Positions 37,151 to 46,022 are shown, counted from the first letter of the stretch. The stretch is 47,553 nucleotides of DNA from a virus (IMGVR_UViG_3300048865_000014:1-47553); one strand, 5' to 3'. Made by a program: numbers and translations. The notes: generated by a model from the letters alone, not told the origin.

Positions 37151-37279
37151 GGCAGAGCATGCTGAGGTATGGCATGGCGGGGTGTGGTCAGGCAAGGTGA
37201 GCCGCGGTTAGGCGAGCTGAGGTACGGCCAGGCAAGGCGAGGCAGGGGCAGTAAATCGGGGCGCTCTTCGGAGCGCCCC
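37151..37279 (+). ncRNA. GGY-NN pentamer tract 2 + hairpin (candidate guide RNA)
   Basis: 19 in-phase pentamers 37151-37245 (15 of 19 GGY), then GGGGCGCTC-TTCG-GAGCGCCCC (37258-37279) followed by TTCTTATT (terminator-like). Confidence 0.75.
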
Positions 37280-37298
37280 TTCTTATTGGAGAACTGGA

Positions 37299-37682
37299 TT
37301 GCATTGGAGCGACAAGTACGTCGGGCAGCCTTACGTGGCAGAAGTTGGCGATTGCGCTGGTCTGGCCGCCAAGGTTGCGCGAGACGTTCTCGGCATCGAC
37401 TGCGGTTTGCCATCGTCCCATGCGACCGGGTTGCGTGAGCAGTCCGCCCAGGTTATGGCGAACAAAGACGCGCTGGCCGTCCGTGTGGATAAGCCAGCCG
37501 ATGCGCAGCCAGCGCTATTCCTGGCGCGTGGCCGTCTCGCCCATATCGGGGTGGTCTGCTTAATCGGCAGCGAAGTGTGGATCCTTCATGCCGATCAATC
37601 CGCTGGCGCCGTCGTCCGAGAGCGCCTGACTCGTATGACCGAATTCCGCTACACCCTTGAGGGATTCTACAAATGGCTGTAG
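37299..37682 (+). CDS. NlpC/P60-like tail tip assembly protein (gpK-like)
   Basis: HWSDKYVGQPY...DCAGL, HIGV, ILHA, EGFYKW; TTG start. Confidence 0.85.
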   Translation: MHWSDKYVGQPYVAEVGDCAGLAAKVARDVLGIDCGLPSSHATGLREQSAQVMANKDALAVRVDKPADAQPALFLARGRLAHIGVVCLIGSEVWILHADQSAGAVVRERLTRMTEFRYTLEGFYKWL

Positions 37683-40600
37683 CAAAGCTGCCCGCTGTTG
37701 TTTCCTGGCCGCATGCTTTCACGGACGAAGGGCGACAGTATTCCTATGCTGCCTTCCTTCCGGGAGAAACGCTTGGCAGGTATGTCGAGCGCGTGGAGAT
37801 GGACGTGGCGCAGGGCCGAGTGCGAGTTCTTCACAATGGCCGAGACGTGCCTGTCGATCTATGGCGAAACCTGATACCGCGACAGGGCGACCAGATCATC
37901 ATCCGATCCTGGCCGGAGGGTGGCGGGGACGGAAGCAAGATTCTCAGAACCGTCGCGCTGGTCGTTGTCGCGATTGTCTCGTACGGTGTGGGAGTAGCCG
38001 TCGGTGGTGCATATGGCGCGGCTGCTGCTGCTGCAATATCCATCGGCGGCAGCCTCCTAGTCAACGCCCTGATTCCGCTGCCCAAACCAAATCTCGCCAG
38101 CAGCGCGAACAGTACCGATAACGCCCCAAGCTTTCAGATTCAGGCCTCGCGCAACACTGCACGCCCGTGGGAGCCCATGCTGCTCGTGATGGGAGGACCC
38201 GTTAAGGTCGTTCCGGATCTGGCCAGCAACCCGTCGACCAGTTATGTAGGTGACGACCAGTACCTATCCCAAGCGTTCCACTTTGGCTTGCAACCGGACC
38301 TGCTGGTCTACAACTACAAGATTGGCGACAGCCCGCTTGAGAATTTCCAGGGTGTGCAGACACAGCGTTCTGGCTGGGACGGAAAGTTGTCGATTGTTTG
38401 GGACAACATCGACACCATCCAGGGATTCGATCTGAACCAGGTCGACGGCTGGAACTACAGAACGACCCCGCCGGATACGGTGTACTTCAATATTGAGCTC
38501 GCCGCGGTCCTGTATAGCTTGGACACCCTGACGGGAAAGTTCAATCCCCGTACTGTAACTGTACAGATTCACTACCGGGACGTGACCGGTGGCGACTGGG
38601 TTCCACTGGGATCCTATACGGATCCGGTTTATGCGACTCATTACTGGGCGCTGGGGGTTTATCAGGGACTCGCCAATGGTGAAAGCGCGACTTCAGGGTC
38701 AGAGTGGATTCAGGTTAACTATGGTTCGCTAGACCCTGATGACCACGTGAACGGCGAGCAGTACCAGGTATGCCAGACGTGGGGTGGTGGTGACGCCGGC
38801 GACAACTATTCCTGCCAGACTTACGAGTGGCGCTGGCTGCCACACCCTTTCCAGTTGGGAAGGCCGTGGCAGGGGACGGCGCCTGATCCGCTAATCGGAT
38901 ACACGACCTCCGATGGATATCGGATGACGGGCGATTCCAACAAGGCCATACGGCAGACCATAGGCGCCTCTGTGCCTCGCGGGCAGTACGAGATTGCCAT
39001 TCGCAAGCTGACGGAAGACCTGAGCAGCAACACAGACTCCACCGTCACATCGATTCCTCAGATCCGAGCCTACCAAGACACTCCTACGGATTACAGTCAT
39101 CAGTTGCGAGTGGGAATATGCATCAAGGCTACGTCCCAACTGAACGGACCCATCGATGAACTATCCGCGACATGCCAAGCTCAGTGCAATGTATGGAATG
39201 GATCCTCGTGGGTATACACCACGACGCGCAATCCCGCATGGTGGTTCCTCTGGTTCGCCCTGGGGCGACGAGACGAGAGCGGCAACAAAGAGTACGGGGC
39301 CTGTATCCCTGACACACAGATCGACATTGAAGGTATAAAAGCCTGGGGCGCGTACTGCGATGCTAAGGGCTGGACATTCGACTATGTACTGGCACAGAAG
39401 ATGTCTGTGCACGATGTGCTGACGATGATTGCGCGTGCGGGCCAAGCCTCCTACACCTGGCAGTCTGGGAAGTTGGGCGTTATTTGGGATGCTGCTGATC
39501 AGCCCACGGTCGCATTGATCGGGCCGTACAACATCCGTGCTGGCACTTTCGAAGTCAGCTATGTTGATGGAACCGTTGACGAGATCATTGGCAACTTCGT
39601 CAACAAGGACCGAGATTGGCAGGCGGATCAAGTACGTGTCCGAGTGCCGAACGCTCCGCTTCTCAACAATCCCCAGACTTTCGACCTTGAGGGTATTGTC
39701 GACGCGGCTGTGGCCGGCAGGGTTGTGAACCTTCTGGCTGCAAGTCAAAACTTCCACCGCCGCCGAATCTCATGGGAAATGGACATCGAGGGGTATATCG
39801 CTACCCGCGGCGATGTAGTACGCCTGACGCATGACTTGACGGTTTGGGGCTATTCGGGCCGGCTCGTCGGAGCTACGCGACAGGTCGATGGGAGTGGAAG
39901 CGGTACGTCGGTGATCCTGCGTCTTTCAACCACGGTGCCGATATCGTCAAGTGGCTGGATGATATTGCGAGGGCCAGAGAACCAAGCCGTCGTATTTCGG
40001 GTTGTGGGCACGGGTAATGTCGATGAGGTGAGCCTGCTTAACCCGGCCGACCTTGATGGGTTCCCGCTGCCCGGAGATGCAAGTTATGCGGACGTTTCGT
40101 CTTTGGATTGGGCGTGGCAGTTCGATCCCCTGGCAATTCCAGGCCGCCGTCTGAAGATTGTTAGTGCTTCACCAACGAACGATGATGGCGTTCGATTCGA
40201 AGCCGTTGATGACGACCCGAACTATTACGCAACCGAAGCTAACCCATTCGTATATTCGCCGCCTCGAGATGGGTCCCTGCTTCGCGGGATAGTGATGGCG
40301 GTCTTCTTCGAGGAATCTATCGTCAGTGCGCCTATGGATGATATCCAAGTCAGAGTTGACTGGGTGATCTCCGCGGCCATGAGGGTGAATATTGACTACC
40401 GAATCAATGGTGTAGCCAAGCCTACGGTGACCACCAATGATCGCTTCTTCACGATTCAGGCCCACACCGGCGATGTGTTGAGTGTCACTGTCACCCCTGT
40501 TTCTCCTACTGGGTTGGGTGTGGCCAAGTCAGCATCCATGACAGTGGCCGGTCTTACTGCGCCTCTGCCCGCAGTCACTGGGCTGACAAGCGTCTTCCGA

Positions 40601-41578
40601 GATGGGCTCACGTGGCTTTCGTGGACCAGGGTGGAGGACAGACGAAATCCGTCCTATGAGATTCGTATCGGTCCTACGCCGACGAATGCCAGAACAGTCG
40701 CGGTGACCGACGCGCTGGAATCTCTAGCGGTTGGCAACGGGCTCTACTGGGTGTTCCCCCGGTTCGCCATATCAAACGGGATCATCATCTACGGGCCGCC
40801 GGATAGCATACTGATTGATGGAGCGACGCTGGTACGTAACGTGCTCGTCGTGCAGGACGAAGCGCCGGAGTGGGGAGGAACGCTGTCAGGCGGCGCCTAT
40901 GTGCATGATGGGATGCTCACGCTGGCCCCTCAGGGAGATATCCTTAGTCTCGCCGATGTTCTGTCAGAACAAGACGTATTGTGGTTCGGCGGCCCTGCTG
41001 CCAATGGGTCCTACACCAACGCTGTATCCGACCAGGTGGATATCGGGTTCGTTACTCCTGTGCGCGTGGACTTCAGTATCGAAGTGGCGGCGAGGAACGT
41101 CACCGCAGATGTGTTCACTATCCCCGACATACTTGCAGTCGAGGATGTGTTGAATGGCTCTGACTTGGTCAAGGTCTCCGTAATCCCTCAAATTCGAACG
41201 GCAATCGCTGAAGGGGAGTGGAGCGACTGGCGTAACTATGTTCCTGGGCTTATCAACGCGCGATACTTCGATGTTCGCCTGCTGATAGCCACTGCCGATC
41301 CTCTGATCATCCCTTTCGTCAGCAAGTTCGAATGGACCATTGATGTTCCCGATATGCTTCAACGCGGGGAAAGCGTGCTGGTTGCATCGTCCGGTCAACG
41401 CATCACCTACGCAAAGCAGTTCCACCACAATCCAAATGTCCAGATCACTATCCTGGATGCCGTTGCGGGAGATTGGTATTCGCTCACGGGCGATGATGAG
41501 ACTGGTTTCAATATACGTCTCTTCAACAACTCAACCGCGGTTCAGCGGCAAATAAACTGGATAAGCCAAGGATACTGA
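37673..41578 (+). CDS. Tail tip / host specificity protein (gpI-like N-terminus fused to gpJ-like)
   Basis: 1301 aa; GGGDGSKILRTVAL + hydrophobic stretch, RNTARPWEPM, TRNPAW, RGDVV.LTHD, FN3-like segments. Confidence 0.9.
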   Translation: MAVAKLPAVVSWPHAFTDEGRQYSYAAFLPGETLGRYVERVEMDVAQGRVRVLHNGRDVPVDLWRNLIPRQGDQIIIRSWPEGGGDGSKILRTVALVVVAIVSYGVGVAVGGAYGAAAAAAISIGGSLLVNALIPLPKPNLASSANSTDNAPSFQIQASRNTARPWEPMLLVMGGPVKVVPDLASNPSTSYVGDDQYLSQAFHFGLQPDLLVYNYKIGDSPLENFQGVQTQRSGWDGKLSIVWDNIDTIQGFDLNQVDGWNYRTTPPDTVYFNIELAAVLYSLDTLTGKFNPRTVTVQIHYRDVTGGDWVPLGSYTDPVYATHYWALGVYQGLANGESATSGSEWIQVNYGSLDPDDHVNGEQYQVCQTWGGGDAGDNYSCQTYEWRWLPHPFQLGRPWQGTAPDPLIGYTTSDGYRMTGDSNKAIRQTIGASVPRGQYEIAIRKLTEDLSSNTDSTVTSIPQIRAYQDTPTDYSHQLRVGICIKATSQLNGPIDELSATCQAQCNVWNGSSWVYTTTRNPAWWFLWFALGRRDESGNKEYGACIPDTQIDIEGIKAWGAYCDAKGWTFDYVLAQKMSVHDVLTMIARAGQASYTWQSGKLGVIWDAADQPTVALIGPYNIRAGTFEVSYVDGTVDEIIGNFVNKDRDWQADQVRVRVPNAPLLNNPQTFDLEGIVDAAVAGRVVNLLAASQNFHRRRISWEMDIEGYIATRGDVVRLTHDLTVWGYSGRLVGATRQVDGSGSGTSVILRLSTTVPISSSGWMILRGPENQAVVFRVVGTGNVDEVSLLNPADLDGFPLPGDASYADVSSLDWAWQFDPLAIPGRRLKIVSASPTNDDGVRFEAVDDDPNYYATEANPFVYSPPRDGSLLRGIVMAVFFEESIVSAPMDDIQVRVDWVISAAMRVNIDYRINGVAKPTVTTNDRFFTIQAHTGDVLSVTVTPVSPTGLGVAKSASMTVAGLTAPLPAVTGLTSVFRDGLTWLSWTRVEDRRNPSYEIRIGPTPTNARTVAVTDALESLAVGNGLYWVFPRFAISNGIIIYGPPDSILIDGATLVRNVLVVQDEAPEWGGTLSGGAYVHDGMLTLAPQGDILSLADVLSEQDVLWFGGPAANGSYTNAVSDQVDIGFVTPVRVDFSIEVAARNVTADVFTIPDILAVEDVLNGSDLVKVSVIPQIRTAIAEGEWSDWRNYVPGLINARYFDVRLLIATADPLIIPFVSKFEWTIDVPDMLQRGESVLVASSGQRITYAKQFHHNPNVQITILDAVAGDWYSLTGDDETGFNIRLFNNSTAVQRQINWISQGY

Positions 41579-41592
41579 CGGGTACGCAATCT

Positions 41593-41620
41593 GCCGCTCT
41601 CAACGGGCGGCTTTTTTCTT
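41593..41620 (+). terminator. Intrinsic terminator
   Basis: GCCGC...GCGGC followed by TTTTTT. Confidence 0.65.
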
Positions 41621-41631
41621 GGACGATATAA

Positions 41632-42159
41632 ATGACTCAGACATCGATACAGATCACAACCACTCCGCCATTGTCGGGGCCCCAGTTGGTGAACGACATA
41701 AACAGTGCTCTGGAGACGGTTGCGACAGGGTTTGCTGGCCCCACGGATCCGGCTGCATTTGCGACGCCATACTGCATCTGGAACGACACTGGCACGGGTC
41801 TTATCAAGCAGAGAAATGCCGCGAATACGACGTGGGTTCCAATTGCTCCTTTGCTTTCGGCGATGGCTGCTCAAAGCCAACTCATCGGGGTAGGGCAGAG
41901 CTGGCAGAACATGATTGCAAGCCGCGCCTTGAACACTGTTTATACGAATTCCACCGGCAAACCCATATTCGTGTCCGTGACGCTTAGCGCGACAAGTTCG
42001 GCGACTTTCGACTTGTATGTGAGTGGGCTTGAGATTGCTAAGCCACGGCTAGTGGCGACTGATGGTCGGGCCTCGGCATTCGCCATTGTTCCGGACGGGT
42101 CTAACTATTCAGTGTCTTTCCCAACTGGCACGCTAACCGCATGGGTGGAGTTCCGATAA
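41632..42159 (+). CDS. Short tail fibre / receptor-binding-like protein
   Basis: INSALET.AT.FAG..DP N-terminus; IGVGQSWQN..SRALNTVYTNSTGKPI.V C-terminal domain seen in tail fibres. Confidence 0.7.
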   Translation: MTQTSIQITTTPPLSGPQLVNDINSALETVATGFAGPTDPAAFATPYCIWNDTGTGLIKQRNAANTTWVPIAPLLSAMAAQSQLIGVGQSWQNMIASRALNTVYTNSTGKPIFVSVTLSATSSATFDLYVSGLEIAKPRLVATDGRASAFAIVPDGSNYSVSFPTGTLTAWVEFR

Positions 42160-42689
42160 TGCAGACTTTCAAAGATTCGCTTACTGGGCAGTACTACCAG
42201 TTCGATGACGATGTGATCGTGAGTCAGACGGCGAACGGGTACACGTTCACTGCTCCGAATGGCAGCAGGCTAAATGTTCCCGCGACGCTAGAGCCGAGTG
42301 ATCCGCCTAGTCCCCCTGGGACAACGCTGGAAGGCTTGCGCTTCGCGAAGTCAGCCCAGATCACTAGCAACTGTTTGGCCGCCATCGATAGCGGCTTTGA
42401 GCACGAGGGCCACCGCTACGACTCCGACCTGGTCAGCCGGACGAACATCATCGGAACCGCAACTGGAGTTCAGGCCGGCATCGCGTTGCCACAAGGCTTC
42501 ACCTGGCGCACCTCGGATAACGAGAATGTGCCAATGGATGGGCCGGGCGTCATAGCGTTGGGTGCGGCGCTGCTTCAGCACGTTAATACCCAGTACGCCA
42601 CCTCCTGGGCACTAAAGGCACAGATCGATGCAGCGACAACGCCAGAGGAAGTGGCGGCCATAAGTTGGCCAACACAGCCCTCACCCTGA
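42159..42689 (+). CDS. DUF4376-like tail fibre assembly protein
   Basis: YDSD..SR.NI, WRTSDNENV, LKAQIDAATT.EEV.AISW. Confidence 0.8.
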   Translation: MQTFKDSLTGQYYQFDDDVIVSQTANGYTFTAPNGSRLNVPATLEPSDPPSPPGTTLEGLRFAKSAQITSNCLAAIDSGFEHEGHRYDSDLVSRTNIIGTATGVQAGIALPQGFTWRTSDNENVPMDGPGVIALGAALLQHVNTQYATSWALKAQIDAATTPEEVAAISWPTQPSP

Positions 42690-42690
42690 C

Positions 42691-42714
42691 AACCCGCTAC
42701 GGCGGGTTTTTTTA
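42691..42714 (+). terminator. Intrinsic terminator
   Basis: AACCCGC-TACG-GCGGGTT followed by T-run. Confidence 0.75.
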
Positions 42715-42728
42715 CGCCTGGAGAAAAC

Positions 42729-43259
42729 ATGCTGAAGGAAGACTTCGCCGCGGCAGCGATGCTGTCAGTTTCCCTGGCGGACAAGTGGTATGACCCGGTA
42801 GAGAGGGCGATGATGGAGTTCGCCATCGTGTCTCCCATGAGGGCGGCGGCATTCATCGCGCAAATCGGCCACGAGAGCGGGGGCTTCCAGCACACACGCG
42901 AGATATGGGGGCCCACGCCCGCGCAAGAGCGGTATGAGGGCCGCCAGGACCTTGGCAACGTGAGCCCGGGGGACGGGAAGAAGTACATGGGGCGTGGGCT
43001 CATCCAGATCACGGGGCGGGCCAATTATGCCGCCGTCGCCCTGGGCCTGGGCATCGATGTCTTGAGCAATCCGGGCCTGTTGGAGCAACCCATTCTCGCG
43101 GCGCGGTCGGCCGGCTGGTGGTGGTCCAGGAACGGTTGCAACGAGATTGCCGACTCTGGCGACTTCGAGGCCCTTACCCGGCGAATCAATGGCGGCCTGA
43201 ACGGCTATGCAGACCGCCTACACCGCTACAACATCGCCCGTGCGGTCCTGGGGGCGTGA
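42729..43259 (+). CDS. Endolysin, glycoside hydrolase family 19
   Basis: AAFIAQIGHESG, YMGRGLIQITGRANY, TRRINGGLNG..DR. Confidence 0.93.
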   Translation: MLKEDFAAAAMLSVSLADKWYDPVERAMMEFAIVSPMRAAAFIAQIGHESGGFQHTREIWGPTPAQERYEGRQDLGNVSPGDGKKYMGRGLIQITGRANYAAVALGLGIDVLSNPGLLEQPILAARSAGWWWSRNGCNEIADSGDFEALTRRINGGLNGYADRLHRYNIARAVLGA

Positions 43260-43597
43260 TGGATTGGACCACGATACAGAACGGCGCTTACGGTACGGCT
43301 GTAATCGGCATCGCGATATGGCTCGGAAAGACCTGGCTCTTGCCGCTCCTAACGCGAACGTTCGACAACAGTGTTGCCAACGCGACGGCATCCGGGAATC
43401 TGCTCACCACAATCACGGCGGAGCGGGACCAATGGAAGGCCCGCGCCGAAAAGCTCGACAAAGACCTAGAGGAAATGCGCAAAGAATGGGCGCAGATGAA
43501 GGGCGACATTGCCCTGTTGCAATACCAACTGAAAGAGGCGCGAGACGAGATTGCCGGCCTCACTGGCAAGCCTCTTTCTTCGGAGGCTTCCAAATGA
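43259..43597 (+). CDS. Single-TM coiled-coil membrane protein (holin/antiholin candidate)
   Basis: N-terminal hydrophobic helix then long heptad region; coupled to endolysin. Confidence 0.55.
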   Translation: MDWTTIQNGAYGTAVIGIAIWLGKTWLLPLLTRTFDNSVANATASGNLLTTITAERDQWKARAEKLDKDLEEMRKEWAQMKGDIALLQYQLKEARDEIAGLTGKPLSSEASK

Positions 43598-44094
43598 GCA
43601 AACTGTTGGAACGTTGGCTGCACTATGACGCGGAGCGGGCATGGCGCCTGGAGCGGGAAATCAAGGTGTGGTGCGCCTACTTCGGCATGCTCTGCTTGGG
43701 CGGAGTCTTGTTCAGCGCGCCCATGCTCGTTTGGGGGGATCGGTACATTACCGCGATGCGTGGTCAGTATCAGGCAGAGGTACAGCGGCTGCAGGACACG
43801 AATAGCCAACTGATCGTTGTCATCCAAGACCGATTGCCCGCTATCACCAAGACCGCAGCGTCAGCGGCGGAGACTGCTAAGACCGCTGCCGAGACAGCCA
43901 AGAGCGCAGCGCAGACCGCCAAGGCGGCCTCTACTGGGGCGGGGAAGGCTGCAAAGGTGGCGACGGGGGCGGCGGTTGAAGCCAAGAGCGCAGCGACGAC
44001 GGTTAAGGGGGCCGCCGAAGATTTGACCCAGGCGCTTACTCCGCCGACTCCCGCGCCACCGGCTGAAGTTCCGGACTGGTTGAACACGCCATGA
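43594..44094 (+). CDS. Single-TM protein with Ala/Thr/Lys heptad repeats (lysis module)
   Basis: One TM segment; AAETAKT/AAETAKS/AAQTAKA repeats; ATGA overlaps. Confidence 0.6.
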   Translation: MSKLLERWLHYDAERAWRLEREIKVWCAYFGMLCLGGVLFSAPMLVWGDRYITAMRGQYQAEVQRLQDTNSQLIVVIQDRLPAITKTAASAAETAKTAAETAKSAAQTAKAASTGAGKAAKVATGAAVEAKSAATTVKGAAEDLTQALTPPTPAPPAEVPDWLNTP

Positions 44095-44513
44095 GCATCC
44101 TGGACACGGTCAAGATTGCAACGGCTGGCACGTCAGGATTATGGGCGGCGGCTGGCGGAGCTGCGCTGGTGGGTGGCCTTGCCATTGGCGGGTGGTGGCT
44201 GCACCACTCCGGGTACGAGTCAGGCAAAGCCGACTCTGAGGCCGCGCACACGCTGGCGGACCTTCAGCAGTTCAAGGCCGAAACGGGACGGCTGTCGGAT
44301 ATCTCGACGCAGTTGGCCGTGCAAATAGACTCCCTAGCCAGTACCGCACCAACTGTCATCAAGGAATACCATGAAACCGTGGTCAAGACTCCTTTGCCTG
44401 CTGGCTGCGTCATTGACCCTGGCCGGCTGCGCAGCATCCAAGACGCAATCTCCAAGGCCGCCGCTGCCGGTCAACGTGGCTCAGCCGTGTCCTCCGGTGC
44501 CGAGGTTCAATAG
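44091..44513 (+). CDS. i-spanin (Rz-like)
   Basis: N-terminal TM, periplasmic helix, PLPAGCVID; overlapped by lipoprotein ORF. Confidence 0.75.
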   Translation: MSILDTVKIATAGTSGLWAAAGGAALVGGLAIGGWWLHHSGYESGKADSEAAHTLADLQQFKAETGRLSDISTQLAVQIDSLASTAPTVIKEYHETVVKTPLPAGCVIDPGRLRSIQDAISKAAAAGQRGSAVSSGAEVQ

Positions 44514-44628
44514 TCAAGATTGGGATGTGCTCGCAGAGGCATACATTGCGCTAGTTTTCCAGTACAAGGCTTGCTCTGACAAGCAGACCGCAGCGGTACG
44601 CGCCTATGTCGATTCGTCGGAACCATAA
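44371..44628 (+). CDS. o-spanin lipoprotein (Rz1-like)
   Basis: LTLAG-C lipobox, Pro-rich, two further Cys; starts inside Rz in +1 frame with AAGGA RBS. Confidence 0.8.
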   Translation: MKPWSRLLCLLAASLTLAGCAASKTQSPRPPLPVNVAQPCPPVPRFNSQDWDVLAEAYIALVFQYKACSDKQTAAVRAYVDSSEP

Positions 44629-44768
44629 CGGCTACCGGCGCACCCATAGGAGCCGGGGCCAAAGCGTGCGGTTGGAAGCCGAGGAAGTGATTCTTGCGGC
44701 ATAGCCGATGCAGACCCCGGCTGTCTAATTCGCTAGAACATTCACCCGAATGTCCATTTTGTTGGACA

Positions 44769-45074
44769 CTACGACCAGGTAATCCACCAGCCCTGATAGA
44801 AGCGGCGTCCGTCGATTTCTTCGTACCCTCGCACCATCATGCCTCGGTCGGAGACGAACGTCAGAAGTTGGGGTTCCAGCAGGTCTGGGATGCGCGGCGG
44901 GCGCGACGCCCCGAACTGCTCGAAGGACGCCACGGTAAAGATTGGTACTGCCCGCTTCAAGCCTTCGTGGTGGACGGTCTGCATGCGCACCGTACCTTTG
45001 ATGGGCCTGTCGTAGTCCTTGGCCTGCAAGGGCTCGCCCATCCGGTGCGTTCGGACAATGTTGCACGTGAGCAT
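44769..45074 (-). CDS. Hypothetical protein, probably SOS-regulated
   Basis: 101-aa ORF 16 nt downstream of an SOS box. Confidence 0.7.
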   Translation of the reverse strand: MLTCNIVRTHRMGEPLQAKDYDRPIKGTVRMQTVHHEGLKRAVPIFTVASFEQFGASRPPRIPDLLEPQLLTFVSDRGMMVRGYEEIDGRRFYQGWWITWS

Positions 45075-45090
45075 GGTAGAGCATGACTAA

Positions 45091-45110
45091 TACTGTATGG
45101 ATAAACAGTA
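45091..45110. promoter_or_regulatory. LexA (SOS) box
   Basis: TACTGTATGGATAAACAGTA matches CTGT-N8-ACAG with palindromic flanks. Confidence 0.88.
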
Positions 45111-45117
45111 TATCGCT

Positions 45118-45339
45118 CTATCCAAGTCCGAATGCAGCCCTGATTTCATCGCCTGCTGAACCGTCCTCATCCGTATACCGGTCCCCCAGGGCGGCGCAGT
45201 GGCCCACGATTGTCCGGGTGTATTCCAGCAGCTCCGGAGTCATCTCGCCGTCCGGGGGTAGGACGCCAGCGGCGATGGCAATGGTGTGGAGGTCGTCCTC
45301 GCACAGCGCGCAAGATTCGACTTCTAGGTCCATGGTCAT
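45118..45339 (-). CDS. Small acidic hypothetical protein
   Basis: ATGA overlap with SRAP stop, GAGGA RBS. Confidence 0.6.
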   Translation of the reverse strand: MTMDLEVESCALCEDDLHTIAIAAGVLPPDGEMTPELLEYTRTIVGHCAALGDRYTDEDGSAGDEIRAAFGLG

Positions 45340-46022
45340 TCCTCGTCTGTAGCCACTGCCGTCTTGATGACCGGCTCCGCCACCAACTGCTCGGCAGGGT
45401 AGGGATTCAGGAAGTCCATGGTATCCGCAGCGCTCGCCGTCAGCCAGTCGCCATACGCGCCGTCTGGCAGGATCACGACCATGCGCTTTTCGTCGCCGGG
45501 CCGGTGGTAGTCCTTGAACAGCGGGTGGTGGTCGGCGTTGATCGTCAGCATCGTGTAGCTTTCGATCCATTCGCCAGTGGGCGCGCGCCACTTGTCCCAC
45601 AGGCCGGCGATGCCCAGTGGAGCACCATCGGCCCGGGTGAACCGGGTGGCCACGGCCTTTCCGGATCGCCAGTCAGGTTCAAAGACGGCATCGGCCGGGA
45701 TGATGCAGTGCTGAGCCCGGCGCCAGGCATTGCCGAACGTGAACGACTTGGCCGCGCTTTCGGATCTGGCGTTGAAGGTGGACAGCTTCTGCGCCTTCTC
45801 CGCGCCCTCAGCCTTCGTCATGGCCGATATCAGGCCCCAGCGCCCGACAACCGCCTCCCGCTCCGGTACTGCCTCGTCGCCCGACTCCCATTCGGACGGC
45901 CGGCGCACGAACACGCCAGGGTACCGAGGCCACATGTCGGACTTCGGGATCGGGATGCCGCGGGCGCGAAAGTAGCGCTCCATCTGCTCGGCTTTCTTCA
46001 GGGCGGTGTAGTGGGAGCACAT
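45336..46022 (-). CDS. SOS response-associated peptidase (SRAP/YedK, abasic-site processing)
   Basis: N-terminal MC, RWGLI, FNARSE, IIPAD..FE, IAGLW, MLTINAD.HP, RMVVIL. Confidence 0.93.
   Translation of the reverse strand: MCSHYTALKKAEQMERYFRARGIPIPKSDMWPRYPGVFVRRPSEWESGDEAVPEREAVVGRWGLISAMTKAEGAEKAQKLSTFNARSESAAKSFTFGNAWRRAQHCIIPADAVFEPDWRSGKAVATRFTRADGAPLGIAGLWDKWRAPTGEWIESYTMLTINADHHPLFKDYHRPGDEKRMVVILPDGAYGDWLTASAADTMDFLNPYPAEQLVAEPVIKTAVATDEE

Noticed and set aside
37022-37279. Canonical CRISPR array or simple microsatellite
   Set aside because: No 23-50 bp identical repeats with spacers; units vary only at fixed positions without indels, unlike slippage repeats
36652-37438. ORFs spanning the pentamer tracts (36652-37413 minus, 37169-37438 plus, 37188-37421 minus)
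   Set aside because: Low-complexity Arg/Gly/Pro translations produced by the 5-nt repeat; they overlap real genes and lack an RBS
39770-39810. Possible tract 2 match to ATG GAC ATC GAG GGG (MDIEG) in the tail-tip gene
   Set aside because: Only about four dinucleotides agree; not distinguishable from chance
37673-42689. Diversity-generating retroelement or invertible tail-fibre cassette
   Set aside because: No reverse transcriptase, TR/VR pair or invertase seen in the window
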